Below are positions 1 through 12,142 of a stretch of DNA of 64,000 nucleotides, one piece after another. Position 1 is the stretch's first letter. Each line of letters begins with the position of its first letter. The stretch comes from Bilabrum cf. latius. Taxonomy: Eukaryota. The translations under genes and the position numbers were made by a program. The stretch covers positions 1,116,001-1,180,000 of the forward strand of contig OZ237747.1 of NCBI GenBank assembly GCA_965178125.1, read 5' to 3'. The notes below the pieces were generated by a model. That model ran no database searches, was not told the DNA's origin, and saw only the letters and a program-made list of their open reading frames with translations.

Positions 1-1377
1 TCATGCTTGGACGGACGCATTTGCTCACTACTCGATGAGCTGCCAAGCACGGCACCAACGCCAGGATAGCGACTAGCTGCACAAGATTCGGATGAAATTG
101 ACGTTGAATCAAGGTATTTCACATACTTACAAGCGTCGAGTCCCCTTCCGTCGCTTCTACTTGCCGAATCACAACCCACAGATGAGTCAGACGACGAGAT
201 GCCTCAGTGGGAAAGGCTCCCAGAGGACCACCCCGACAACGACATCCCGCTGGATGCATGGATACCCCAGCTGGGGATGGCTGTGGGTCAGCGCCAGGAG
301 GTCGGGGAGGCCACCTGGGGCAATACCGAGTCAGACGGAGATGGCACCGTCACTGTGGTCGACTCCGAGTGCTCTGAGCGAGCATCCGAATTGCTTGGCC
401 GGGATATACCGCCGCAGAAACCTAGCAAGCCACACACAAGGCCTCGCTCCGCCGAAGTTCTAGATTGGTGCACTCCCCGTGGCAAAGGCATGAATACACG
501 GCGAGTACGCTACTCGAGCTCCCCTGACCTCGAAGCCGGCGTCGACGGCATGGCCCACGACAGCAGTATCTGCGACGACAGCTCTGTGTTGTCGTTCGGT
601 AAGGCCCAGCTTCGCAGCGAATGGGACGTCGCTCGAATGGATCCCACCGTGGGTGACCTGCCGCCGGACATATTCGAGCAGGCCTACCGGCATCATGACG
701 ACCTGCGCGCCTCTGCTGAGAGAGTGACGGACCCTGAAGAAGAGCTGGAGACCCCTGCTGGCAGCATGGCTGAGCAGGGGTGGCTGTTGCGAGAGGACGC
801 CATGCCGCTGCCTGACGCGCGCGATGTGGGGCCCTCAGCCGCGCTTTCTGCTCATGAGGATATTGCGCATCAGCTTGCGTCTCAGCTAGGACGCGGTATG
901 TCGCTGGGGGACGACGAGCACGATGATTGGGACGATGATTTCGAAGACGAGTTCGGAATGTCGCCGTGGGCGCTCGACAGGACGCACCTGGCGCATCGTC
1001 CCACTGGCACGCACTCTGGCGCAGTCTCTTCGGCACCTCCCGCAAGGTGGCGAGACTGGCAATCGCAACCAACGAGTGATTCACCTACTACTAGTAGCGG
1101 CGAGGAATTGGTGCAAGATTCGGCCCTGCCATCTCTGCCGGGCTTGTCCGGGAGAGCTGCACTGAGGCCAGCAGAGCACTTCCTGCGTGCCTCCCTCCCG
1201 TCTGGTTTAGCGACAACAGAGCAGAGCAGAGAGAGAGAGCCAGGAGTGCACCCGTAGTAGCAGCGGAGCAGGAGGGATTCCGTTGACTCCGTGCTTGAGT
1301 GGGCAGGGGTTGCAGGCGGGGGGACTGCTCGTGGTGGCGAGTCTGAGCGTGAATCTAGTGGGCAATACGACAACTGA
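1..1377 (+). CDS. Orphan acidic low-complexity protein, 5'-partial (TAG read as Gln)
   Basis: Frame 1 is open from the window start to TGA 1375-1377, interrupted only by TAGs at 67, 1255 and 1258. It includes ORF 199..1257. Confidence 0.6.
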
Positions 1378-1672
1378 CCTGGTGGACCTAGCTGCCGCGA
1401 TGGAGCGGCAGCTTTTCCTAGCCGCTCCCCACTAGGACTCCCCATCGGCCATTACTAAAATCGTCGGTGGAACGAACAAGTGTTGAGTCAAACAGGTCAC
1501 ACATACAGCCCGGAAATGACGCGTTGAACCCGCACAAAGCGTAATGAAATGATATCGCGGTCAGTGCTATCGAATCTGTATTGACGCAGCATCGGCCCGA
1601 GATAGGGTGTACTTTGGTTGCCTGGCTAAACGCACGGGCCCGGTGTGCACCAACGTGCGTCCCACTCGAATA

Positions 1673-4141
1673 ATGTTCGACCAGCGATCGCACGTTTTGT
1701 TTTGGCCTTGGTTACTTTATGCGCTATTCTTTCTGATTGTGTGTATCATGATTTGTCATGACTACCATTAGCACTTCAAAACCCATTTGATTGAACCAGT
1801 AGCACTAGACACAAGTTGCGTGGTTGGATTTCAGCGGAAATTGAAAGTGTGGAGACGATTGGAAGAGCAAATTTGGGAGCCTAAATTGATCGAACGGTAT
1901 GATGGAGGGCTGTCGTATGCTGAAGCTCTTGCAGGAAGTAGCAAGGATGCTCATGAGATGATCAGGTCGAATACTATTAGTCTTTGTGATCACATTAAAA
2001 AGGTTACCCACGGCGAAGTTGACATCAGCCATACCAGTTTTGCAAATATATAGGTCTGGGAATACCCTGTCAGGCAAGCAGACGACTCAACAGTTGCAGT
2101 AGCCAAAGTGCTGCCATACTGGCTGATGACTTCAAACGTTTCCCTTCAGTACTACCAGGTCTAGAACTGCCAGGATACTGACAAGAGCCGACGGAATGTA
2201 TGGCATGATATGAAGCCGTGGTTTCACACAATGCTTCGTTTCGCCTTTATGCAGTCATGGGCTGTCTTCGGGACGATAGCGTTGCACGGTTTGCCTATGC
2301 TGATTGCATCGTAGGTGTGCTTTTAGAAGTGCATTCGAACACTGTTGCCCCTCAGATGGTTTCAAGCCTACATTGTTCTTTCATGTCTAGCGTGGACAGC
2401 GTTATATGGGGTGCTGCTGTTCAAGTCGTATGATGCGGTGCCTTACATGCATACAGGCCCGCTCCTCTACAAGGTTTGGATGCACATGAGCCAGTAGCAG
2501 TTCGGGTATATCGTAGCCGATTCCACTAAAGAGTACAAAACTACATTATCGAACATGACCTACCTGAGATCCTTTCTTGGGCCAGGTCTTATTGTCGTAT
2601 GGGGCACCACCGTAGTCTTGTACGTTGTCCTCCAGCAGAAAATCAGTCTTTGCGCCGCGAAACAATCGTTGCTTGCGCCTACGAGCGCTAGGTCTGCTAC
2701 TTTTACGGGGTAGTTTCCGCCGGCTGCGGCTCATGAGGCAGGCGCGGGAAATGCATTGGGAGCATCGTCTGCTGCGGCAGCGGGTGCATCGTCTGCTGCT
2801 GCAGCGGGTGTATAGGAAATCTCGGCGCAAACAGACTCAGGCAAAAGTATTGATGAAATGACCCCCCTTCTCGGTTCTAGCCAAGATGATGGTTCGGGCA
2901 TGCAAAAGGCAAAAGGCCAAAAACGAGTACGCTTCGCTAGCGACCTACAGGTCACAGCCACGTTCCTACCAGCAACTAATGGATCCGCCGCGGAGAGGAC
3001 AGGTACTCAAGTTGCGAGCCGTGCAGGAGCTGGCGTTTCACTGGAACAAAATCCAGACAGCAATACTGCTATGCGTCCCATTTGCAACATCAGTGTTGGG
3101 ACAGCTGCGTCGCGTGTTGCTCGGTCGTCTGAGCACGGCCTATCTCTTCCTGGTAACTTGCAAGGCAGTGAAAGTGGACGGACTCCGGAAGTATTCAGCG
3201 AAATGGAAAGAAGTGCGAGAAATGCTCCACGATCAGAAGCGGGGCGCTCGTTTGCTCAATCCGCACGGTGGGGCGTGGATGACTCGTTAGAGGACGTGAG
3301 GGCAGATCAATTGTTGAACACCCCCCCGGACGAGAACACCAGATTGGCAAGCGACTGGGCGTCAACACATGACAGTGATGAGACTGACGTAGAGTCTGCT
3401 CCAAAGAGCAGAAAAAGTGGTCAGGATGGGCGTAGCTAGATCAGGACGCAGCGAAGGAAACGAGCCTATGCTAGTGGAGGCACCACAGGGAATCCGTCTA
3501 CGTAGCCTACCAGAGTCCCGCGTGCAGACCAATAGGAATAGTATGTAGGATCTGGTAGGGGCGCATCCCCTCTCCCTCGATCCAGTCGCGGCGAAGGCCG
3601 TTCAAAGAGTCGGGAGAAGCAAAGGAGCCCCTCTGTGAGCTTCAAACGATCGCTCGAGCGCAGCAAGTCTGAATCGTTCACCGAAGGGCTGGGCTCGTGT
3701 TCACCGAAAACGCCAACGCAGAAGCACTTGTTGGGGCTAAGTGGTTAGACAAACGGCGGGTCTGAAGCTGATTGCCTCGGTACCGTTGCTTCAAATTGCT
3801 ATGCAGATGACAATAGAGGCAACCATAGAATGGATGGGGGGGCATCTGCAATTGACCGTGCGAGTGGCAGGTAGCTTGGCCTGCAGGCGAGTGGTGCTGC
3901 TACAATTGACCGTGCGAGTGGCAGGTAGCTTGGCCTGCAGGCGAGTGGTGCTGCTACAAGTGACCGTGCGAGTGGCAGGTAGCTTGGCCTGCAGGCGAGT
4001 GGTGCTGCTATACGCTACAGTGGTGGCGGTGGTGGCAGGTAGCCTAACATGCAGGCGAGTGGTGCTGCTGCCCCGCTGCTGCTGCGTAGCGGAGCTGATG
4101 ATGACATGGAAGAAGGCCAGCACTGGCTAATTCGGGATTGA
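1673..4141 (+). CDS. Orphan ~822-aa protein with ~4 predicted TM helices and a long Ser/Arg/Ala-rich tail
   Basis: ATG 1673 to TGA 4139-4141 in one frame, with 17 TAG and no TAA/TGA. It joins ORFs 1787..2053 and 2858..3439. Hydrophobic segments: VLFWPWLLYALFFLIVCIMIC, FAFMQSWAVFGTIALHGLPMLIA, YIVLSCLAWTALYGVLLF, FLGPGLIVVWGTTVVLYVVL. Confidence 0.75.
3849..4070 (+). repeat. 54-bp coding minisatellite, ~4 copies (IDRASGR*LGLQASGAAT), each with an in-frame TAG
   Basis: Direct repeats of gaccgtgcgagtggcaggtagcttggcctgcaggcgagtggtgctgc; the fourth copy is divergent. Confidence 0.9.
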
Positions 4142-5583
4142 CTACGTTTCAATTGGCTGCAATCTTCTGTGTGCAAGGCGTCGTATGGAGGCCCATTCAT
4201 CTGCAATCTCAAGCGAGCAGTTTAGTGAAGGGGCGCATGCTGTAGATCATGACAGTTATGGTGCTAACCCTGACGCCAAAGGCCTGTAGCCCACTGCAGG
4301 TGGGTGGCATGCATGCTGCTAGAATGGATACCAGCGCTCAGGGTTCTCATCCTACCTGGTTCGTAGACTCGTCGCTGTAGGTGTTCCTGCAGGTCCGCTA
4401 AGGAAAGAGGATCCTGAATAAGGTCTTGGACCTCGGTATGCATCGGGTGCTGCAGCTGGAAGTGCGCCATCGGGTACCCAGCATGAGCAAAGCAGCAGGA
4501 GCTCGAAATCTAGAAGAGGTGGAATACAAGCCAGGGTCTTGGACCGTCTGCATCAATGATGGATCGTCGGGGGATCAATATTGTCCGTGCCTGCTGATCA
4601 CTATTGCGGAGTCAATATGCAACAGGAATGAAAAGGCAAGTCAAGCCAGGAAACCTCGTGATGAGCACCCCAAGGCCTGCACTAGGCGGAGCAGGGGTCA
4701 AGACAGGCGCGGCACCAGCGGTGGACTCGTTTGCGTAGTTGTACAATACACGGGAGGGTATGGTCTGTCGGGAATGCACATGGACGACGAATAGTATACC
4801 GATTCCACCTTGGGCGCAGAGGCACCGGCAGCCTGTGCCAACGCTCGCGTTCTTGCATGAGCAGTTGCCGGCTCCCTGTACCCTTGCTTGCCGACCGAAG
4901 ACGACATACGATACTAGAAAATCAGGAAAATCCAGAGTGCTCCGCCTTGCTCTCTTGCCGCCTACGACTGCAGCGCCGCGTCCGACTTATTTGTGACTGC
5001 CGATCCTTCCGATGACAGCATCTGGGTGGAGGAATTGTACCACCCCCATCATAACCCGGAATTCCTCCGGGCCCCACCGCCCCTGTCCCACATTCTTGCC
5101 CTGTCTGTGCCTTCTGCTTCATCCACCCCGCCCACCTTGTCCGCCATTCCTCCATTCCACCCATCTCCCTTTCCCTTCACCTTAATCACGCCAACGACAT
5201 AACGACTCGCCCAAGGGATGCGCCCAGCGCGCGACCTCAGCCATGTAGGTGCAAGCCCATCACGCATACTCGATCAATATTACCAACTTAGAAACCTTGT
5301 CTGGGACCATCACCCAAAATTAGAGCTCTATGGCACAAATAGAGTCTCTGGAGGTCACTGAAGATCACCCAAAGGCAAATGCAACCCGCCACGGTGGGGT
5401 TAGGAATTTAACTTGCGATGCCACTGGGACTCTTGGATACTCGAGCTCGATTTCCTGAGGTGGGGTTTCACCCGGGCTCGTAGCTGCGCCTGCGTTTCCC
5501 TAGGCTCCGACCTGTTGGTCGACTCCGACCCCTACTTACTCAATGCCTGCCATAAACGCATCGGTATTTGCCGCTACCACTAC

Positions 5584-5755
5584 TTAGCAGGTCTGGGGTT
5601 ACAATCAGTAAGACCGGAACTGTAGAAACTGGGATTGATTTGCGTGAAGGCCGACTCATCTTCCCGAGGGTACGCCGAAGATACTGATCTCGGCAGTGCT
5701 CAAGAAGACACGTACTACAATGTAGTGTAGTTCTGAGTCAGCTTGCAAAAGTTTT
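5584..5755 (+). repeat. Split direct repeat A1
   Basis: ttagcaggtctgggg...gcaaaagtttt, identical by eye to 11263-11434. Confidence 0.95.
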
Positions 5756-6066
5756 AAAAGTTTTCGAGAGGCCTATCGGCTGGCTCCAAGGGCAATCGGG
5801 ATGTGTTCGTCTCAGGTTGATCCCTATAAGGAAAAAGTAAACATAACCCATGTCAAACGCACGCTGGTATATGCACTTATTGCATAGTTGCTGCCAAAGG
5901 TCTGCTGCGAGTGCATTTCACCCGGCGCTGCTTCATAACGCACACGGCACGTCAAGGCACAACACTGCGCAACTCGACTTATGCTTGTATTGCATCCCAT
6001 AAACCATAGCAAGGCCGCTAGTGAATCGTAAATCAAGATTATCATTAACATTGTGTCGCAAACGGG

Positions 6067-8818
6067 GCCTGCCACTGGCCACCTTGCTGCTGTGGGCAGC
6101 TTGGCGAGCCTGGGTGGGTTGCTGCGCGTCGTCCACTTGACGTCCGCTTGCCTTTGTCTGTGATGGCGCCTTGATGCGCCTGCCACTGGCCACCTTGCTG
6201 CTGTGGGCAGCTTGGCGAGCCTGGGTGGGTTGCTGCGCGTTGTCCATTTGACGTCCGCTTGCTTTTGTCTGTGATGGCGCCTTGATGCGCCTGCCGCTGG
6301 CCGCCTTGCTGCTGTGGGCAGCTTGGCGAGCCTGGGTGGGTTGCTGCGCGTCGTCCATTTGACGTCCGCTTGCTTTTGTCTGTGATGGCGCCTGACTGCG
6401 CCTGCCACTGGCCGCCTTTGCTGCTGTGGGCAGCTTGGCGAGCCTGGGTGGGTTGCTGCGCGTCGTCCACTTGACGTCCGCTTGCCTTTGTCTGTGATGG
6501 CGCCTTGATGCGCCTGCCACTGGCCACCTTGCTGCTGTGCGCAGCTTGGCGAGCCTGGGTGGGTTGCTGCGCGTCGTCCATTTGACGTCCGCTTGCCTTT
6601 GTCTGTGATGGCGCCTTGATGCGCCTGCCACTGGCCACCTTTGCTGCTGTGGGCAGCTTGGCGAGCCTGGGTGGGTTGCTGCGCGTCGTCCATTTGACGT
6701 CCGCTTGCCTTTGTCTGTGATGGCGCCTTGATGCGCCTGCCACTGGCCGCCTTTGCTGCTGTGGGCAGCTTGGCGAGCCTGGGTGGGTTGCTGCGCGTTG
6801 TCCATTTGACGTCCGCTTGCCTTTGTCTGTGATGGCGCCTTGATGCGCCTGCCGCTGGCCGCCTTGCTGCTGTGGGCAGCTTGGCGAGCCTGGGTGGGTT
6901 GCTGCGTGTCGTCCATTTGACGTCCGCTTGCCTTTGTCTTTGATGGCGCCTTGATGCGCCTGCCACTGGCCGCCTTTGCTGCTGTGGGCAGCTTGGCGAG
7001 CCTGGGTGGGTTGCTGCGCGTCGTCCATTTGACGTCCGCTTGCCTTAGTTTGGGATGGCGCCTGACTGCGCCTGCCACTGGACGCCTTTGCTGCTGTGGG
7101 CAGCTTGGCGAGCCTGGGTGGGTTGCTGCGCGTCGTCCATTTGACGTCCGCTTGCCTTTGTCTGTGATGGCGCCTTGATGCGCCTGCCACTGGCCGCCTT
7201 TGCTGCTGTGGGCAGCTTGGCGAGCCTGGGTGGGTTGCTGCGCGTCGTCCATTTGGCGTCCGCTTGCCTTTGTCTATGATGGCGCCTTGATGCGCCTGCC
7301 ACTGGCCGCCTTTGCTGCTGTGGGCAGCTTGGCGAGCCTGGGTGGGTTGCTGCGCGTCGTCCATTTGACGTCCGCTTGCCTTTGTCTGTGATGGCGCCTT
7401 GAAGCGTCTGCCATTGGCCACCTTGCTGCTGTGCGCAGCTTGGCGAGCCTGGGTGGGTTGCTGCGCGTCGTCCATATGACGTCCGCTTGCCTTTGTCTGT
7501 GATGGCGCCTTGATGCGCCTGCCACTGGACGCCTTCGCTGCTGTGCGCAGCTTGGCGAGCCTGGGTGGGTTGCTGCGCGTCGTCCATTTGACGTCCGCTT
7601 GCCTTTGTCTGTGATGGCGCCTGACTGCGCCTGCCACTGGCCGCCTTTGCTGCTGTGGGCAGCTTGGCGAGCCTGGGTGGGTTGCTGCGCGTCGTCCATT
7701 TGACGTCCGCTTGCCTTTGTCTGTGATGGCTCCTTGAAGCGTCTGCCATTGGCCACCTTGCTGCTGTGCGCAGCTTGGCGAGCCTGGGTGGGTTGCTGCG
7801 CGTCGTCCATTTGACGTCCGCTTGCCTTTGTCTGTGATGGCGCCTTGATGCGCCTGCCACTGGACGCCTTCGCTGCTGTGCGCAGCTTGGCGAGCCTGGG
7901 TGGGTTGCTGCGCGTCGTCCATTTGACGTCCGCTTGCCTTTGTCTGTGATGGCGCCTGACTGCGCCTGCCACTGGCCGCCTTTGCTGCTGTGCGCAGCTT
8001 GGCGAGCCTGGGTGGGTTGCTGCGCGTCGTCCATTTGACGTCCGCTTGCCTTTGTCTGTGATGGCGCCTTGATGCGCCTGCCACTGGACGCCTTCGCTGC
8101 TGTGGGCAGCTTGGCGAGCCTGGGTGGGTTGCTGCGCGTCGTCCATTTGACGTCCGCTTGCCTTTGTCTGTGATGGCGCCTTGATGCGCCTGCCACTGGC
8201 CGCCTTTGCTGCTGTGCGCAGCTTGGCGAGCCTGGGTGGGTTGCTGCGCGTCGTCCATTTGACGTCCGCTTGCTTTTGTCTGTGATGACGCCTTGATGTG
8301 CCTGCCACTGGCCGCCTTTGCTGCTGTGGGCAGCTTGGCGAGCCTGGGTGGGTTGCTGCGCGTCGTCCATTTGACGTCCGCTTGCTTTGTCTGTGATGGC
8401 GCCTTGATGCGCCTGCCACTGGACGCCTTTGCTGCTGTGCGCAGCTTGGCGAGCCTGGGTGGGTTGCTGCGCGTCGTCCATTTGACGTCCGCTAGCCTTT
8501 GTCTGTGATGGCGCCTTGATGCGCCTGCCACTGGACGCCTTCGCTGCTGTGGGCAGCTTGGCGAGCCTGGGTGGGTTGCTGCGCGTCGTCCATTTGACGT
8601 CCGCTTGCTTTTGTCTGTGATGGCGCCTTGATGCGCCTGCCACTGGCCGCCTTTGCTGCTGTGGGCAGCTTGGCGAGCCTGGGTGGGTTGCTGCGCGTCG
8701 TCCATTTGACGTCCGCTTGCCTTTGTCTGTGATGGCGCCTTGATGCGCCTGCCACTGGCCGCCTTTGCTGCTGTGGGCAGCTTGGCGAGCCTGGGTGGGT
8801 TGCTGCGAGTCGTCCATT
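6067..8818. repeat. 111/112-bp tandem satellite, ~24.6 copies
   Basis: Unit starts at 6067, 6178, 6289, 6400, 6512, 6623, 6735 ... 8747. The mixed 111/112 period shifts frames, so it is non-coding. Confidence 0.95.
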
Positions 8819-8858
8819 GGATAACTTAAGGTTGTGTTACGATGCTCAACCGCGACAT

Positions 8859-9307
8859 CACTAGCCGCCAAGGAGGAGATGACCACCCCCAAGGCAGCCT
8901 GTGTGAGCAATTGCACCATATGCACCATGAAACAGCTCGACCAGAAGGTCTTGTCATAGCGACAGCACTAGCTGCCAAGGAGGAGATGACCACCCCCAAG
9001 GCAGCCTGTATGAGCAATTGCACCATATGCACCATGAAACAGCTCGACCAGGATGTCTTGTCATAGCGACAGCACTAGCTGCCAAGGAGGCGATGACCAC
9101 CCCCAAGGCAGCCTGTGTGAGCAATTGCACCATGTGCACCATTGGACAGCTCGACCAGGATGTCTTGTCATAGCGACAGCACTAGCTGCCAAGGAGGAGA
9201 TGACCATCCCCAATGCAGCCTGTGTGAGCAATTGCACCATATGCACCATGAAACAGCTCGACCAGAAGGTCTTGTCATAGCGATAGCACTGGCGGCCAAG
9301 GAGGAGA
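8859..9307. repeat. 107-bp tandem repeat, first block (~4.2 copies)
   Basis: cactagc...aaggaggagatgaccacccccaaggcagcc units start at 8859, 8966, 9073, 9180 and 9287. Confidence 0.95.
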
Positions 9308-10124
9308 ACATCTACTAGCGGCGCGACGACAGCACCCCCAGCGCGAGGCGCAGAAGGGCCAGGTCACAGGGCAGCCGCGGTAGTAGGAAGCAGCACGAAC
9401 ATCAGCACCGACGTAGCAGCAGCAAGGCGGCAGAGTGCCTCCGACGTTCGCACTAGAAGGAGAGGTCCGACTAGGTCACGGCGAAGGGGGACTCATACTG
9501 CCTGTCAAATCCACGGGACCATCCCTTGATGCTAGAGTTAGCCTTGGGGGGACCCGGGAGGAGGCTTCGAGGAATTAGTCGTCCGCTGTAAAGCAGGCCA
9601 CCCAGGAGCGAACTCTCGTAGCCCGTCAGGGAGCCAGAGCAGAGCACACCGAGAGGGCTATTGTGGAGCAACGTAGCGGCATGAACTCGCAGAGCAGCGC
9701 ACTGAGGAGCATGCAAGTGCACAGTGGGGACAAACTGTATTGGATGCATCCAGCTACATTCTCAATCTGCACCACGCAGTGTTGTCCGGTGGCGGAGGTG
9801 TTGCACGTCTTACGCAAGTATGGCGCGCCTTTCCACTGGTACCTCGAGCCTGACGCAGCGATCAAGGCTCCACGAGACGGTGGGGACGCCGACTGGCACG
9901 AAGGTACCTCAACGCAATCAGCCCTGTTTACTGAGATTCGCAAGCAGGTTGAGGCAGGATTCATTCGAGTTACATCGAAACCAGCAACATCAGATATGCC
10001 GAGAGCCTTGCTGGTCCGGAAGTACGCTTGGAAGCTCAGCCCCGGCGTGGGCATGCAGCGACGCATAGTACCAAGTGAATAGGCCAGGATCGTCGTGGAT
10101 TTCTCGGGACTACGACCACATGCA
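9308..10124 (+). pseudogene. Fragment of a DIRS/Ngaro-type pol (region upstream of RT plus RT N-terminus)
   Basis: ORF 9663..10082 reads through a TAG: TEIRKQVEAGFI...LLVRK...VPSE*ARIVVDFSGL, resembling the 'EI..L...G.I...V.K...R...D...L' start of DIRS/LTR RTs. No YxDD is present. Confidence 0.55.
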
Positions 10125-10790
10125 AAGGAGGAGATGACCACCCCCAAGGCAGCCTGTGTGAGCAATTGCACCATGTGCACCATTGGACAGCTCGACCAGG
10201 ATGTCTTGTCATAGCGACAGCACTAGCTGCCAAGGAGGAGATGACCATCCCCAATGCAGCCTGTGTGAGCAATTGCACCATGTACACCATTGAACAGCTC
10301 GACCAGAAGGTCTTGTCATAGCGACAGCACTAGCTGCCAAGGAGGAGATGACAACCCCCAAGGCAGCCTGTGTGAGCAATTGCACCATGTACACCATTGA
10401 ACAGCTCGACCAGGAGGTCTTGTCATAGCGACAGCACTAGCTGCCAAGGAGGAGATGACCACCCCCAAGGCAGCCTGTGTGAGCAATTGCACCATGTACA
10501 CCATTGAACAGCTCGACCAGGAGGTCTTGTCATAGTAACAGCACTAGCTGCCAAGGAGGAGATGCCCATCCCCAAGGCAGCCTGTGTGAGCAATTGCACC
10601 ATTTGCAGGGACGCAGCTCGACAACAGAGTTTTGTAAGTTCCGGATGAACAGCACTAGCAACGACAGGACAAAATGAGCAGCACCATATGCACCATTTGT
10701 AAGCTAGACTGGGAGGTCCTGTCGAATGGATAGCACTAACAACGACGAAAGCGATGATCACTCCCGCAGCAACCTGTGTACTTGAATGCA
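10125..10790. repeat. 107-bp tandem repeat, second block (~5 copies plus degenerate copies)
   Basis: Units at 10221, 10328, 10435 and 10542; the array decays after ~10600. Confidence 0.9.
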
Positions 10791-11109
10791 TCTTAGGCAC
10801 CAGTATTAAGCTCGGCGAGGATTTCGTATATAATTGACATCTCTGGTTGCGATCAACGACTAGGCTCATCGGTGGTACGGTGAATGCTGCAGATCAGCCA
10901 CCATAACCTGACAGTTCAACACAACAGTCGATGCAAGTGGCTCCACGGTGGTCACCACCGACAGATGACTACCACTAGTGGCAAGCAAAGCGGACAGCAG
11001 CCATCGTGGCGACTATATCCAAGGAGCGGATTAATGTGACCCACAGGTCAGTATGCGTAGGGCGGCAAGCCGCAGTGGCCACAGGTGGCCAAATCTGCGG
11101 GTCAGTACG

Positions 11110-11434
11110 GCGCAGGCTGCACCAGCAGCCGGGTCCCCTTGTGGCGCCACGGGTGGTCAACCGCCCGAGGAGCCGGGGCCCAGCACGCCCTCGCATTTTC
11201 TAGCAACCCTAACCGGAGGTTCTAGAACTGATTCGATGTAACGTACAAATCAATGTCAGTTTTTAGCAGGTCTGGGGTTACAATCAGTAAGACCGGAACT
11301 GTAGAAACTGGGATTGATTTGCGTGAAGGCCGACTCATCTTCCCGAGGGTACGCCGAAGATACTGATCTCGGCAGTGCTCAAGAAGACACGTACTACAAT
11401 GTAGTGTAGTTCTGAGTCAGCTTGCAAAAGTTTT
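11110..11434 (+). repeat. B1-A2 junction (copy of the right end fused to a copy of the left end)
   Basis: ...caatgtcagttt|ttagcaggtctgg... Confidence 0.95.
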
Positions 11435-11989
11435 CCCGCCCACCCGCAAAGTGTAGAGGAAGTGCAGAGAGGAGTGTCATGACTCAAGTCCCTGAATGAT
11501 GGGGCAAAGAGCCCACGCGTACCACAGCAATTTGGAGCGCGAGGACAGCCCAGGGCCTGCGATTTGGCGCAACGATAGCGCATATCTTGCAGGGCAGGGA
11601 TCATGACTCAACACCCAGAGGTACAGGGGTCGCCACCGGACACCGAAGGGCGGCACCCAGGATCGCGCGTGAGTTTGTCGGCATCCTCAGCCAACAAATC
11701 ACACCGCGGGACAGTCAGCAGAAGACGGGGTCGTCATCTCAACGAGAGGGCGGCACCCAGGCATGGATAGTTTTCTTCCGGAACATTTTCGGTCTTTATA
11801 GTCCAGGCCATGCAGACACTCTGAGGGATTTGGATGTAGGGGTCGTCACCTCACTGAGAGGGCGGCACCGAGCTCGGGTGACTTTTCCCAGCCACTGGCT
11901 GGGTGTTTAGATCTTCGAGCGCATCTGCTTACATTGTATGATTGAATGATACCTCCGGTGGGTAGGCACTTTGCTTACCCGCGTCAGGC

Positions 11990-12142
11990 GCGCAGGCTGC
12001 ACCAGCAGCCGGGTCCCCTTGTGGCGCCACGGGTGGTCAACCGCCCGAGGAGCCGGGGCCCAGCACGCCCTCGCATTTTCTAGCAACCCTAACCGGAGGT
12101 TCTAGAACTGATTCGATGTAACGTACAAATCAATGTCAGTTT
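11990..12142 (+). repeat. Split direct repeat B2 (right end of element)
   Basis: Identical by eye to 11110-11262. Confidence 0.95.

Larger units (their letters stand above)
5584..12142 (+). mobile_element. Non-autonomous split-direct-repeat element (Ngaro/PAT-like tyrosine-recombinase retrotransposon architecture)
   Basis: A1 5584-5755 = A2 11263-11434 (172 bp). B1 11110-11262 = B2 11990-12142 (153 bp). B1 abuts A2. An internal DIRS-like RT N-terminal fragment lies at ~9660-10125. Confidence 0.75.

Noticed and set aside
4200-5340. Possible coding or recombinase remnant (e.g. YCPCLL)
   Set aside because: Too little motif evidence.
5824-8928. Long minus-strand ORFs (380-886 aa) over the satellite
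   Set aside because: They arise from a stop-poor repeat with mixed 111/112-bp units; the same peptides appear in all three frames.
8826-10504. Repeated MVHMVQLLTQAALG... signal-peptide-like ORFs
   Set aside because: The 107-bp period is not a multiple of 3, so these are translations of a non-coding repeat.
6067-10790. Tandem arrays as CRISPR arrays
   Set aside because: There are no unique spacers and no cas genes, and the context is eukaryotic.
11205-11214. AACCCTAACC telomere-like motif in repeat B (also at ~12085)
   Set aside because: Fewer than two units; compatible with chance.
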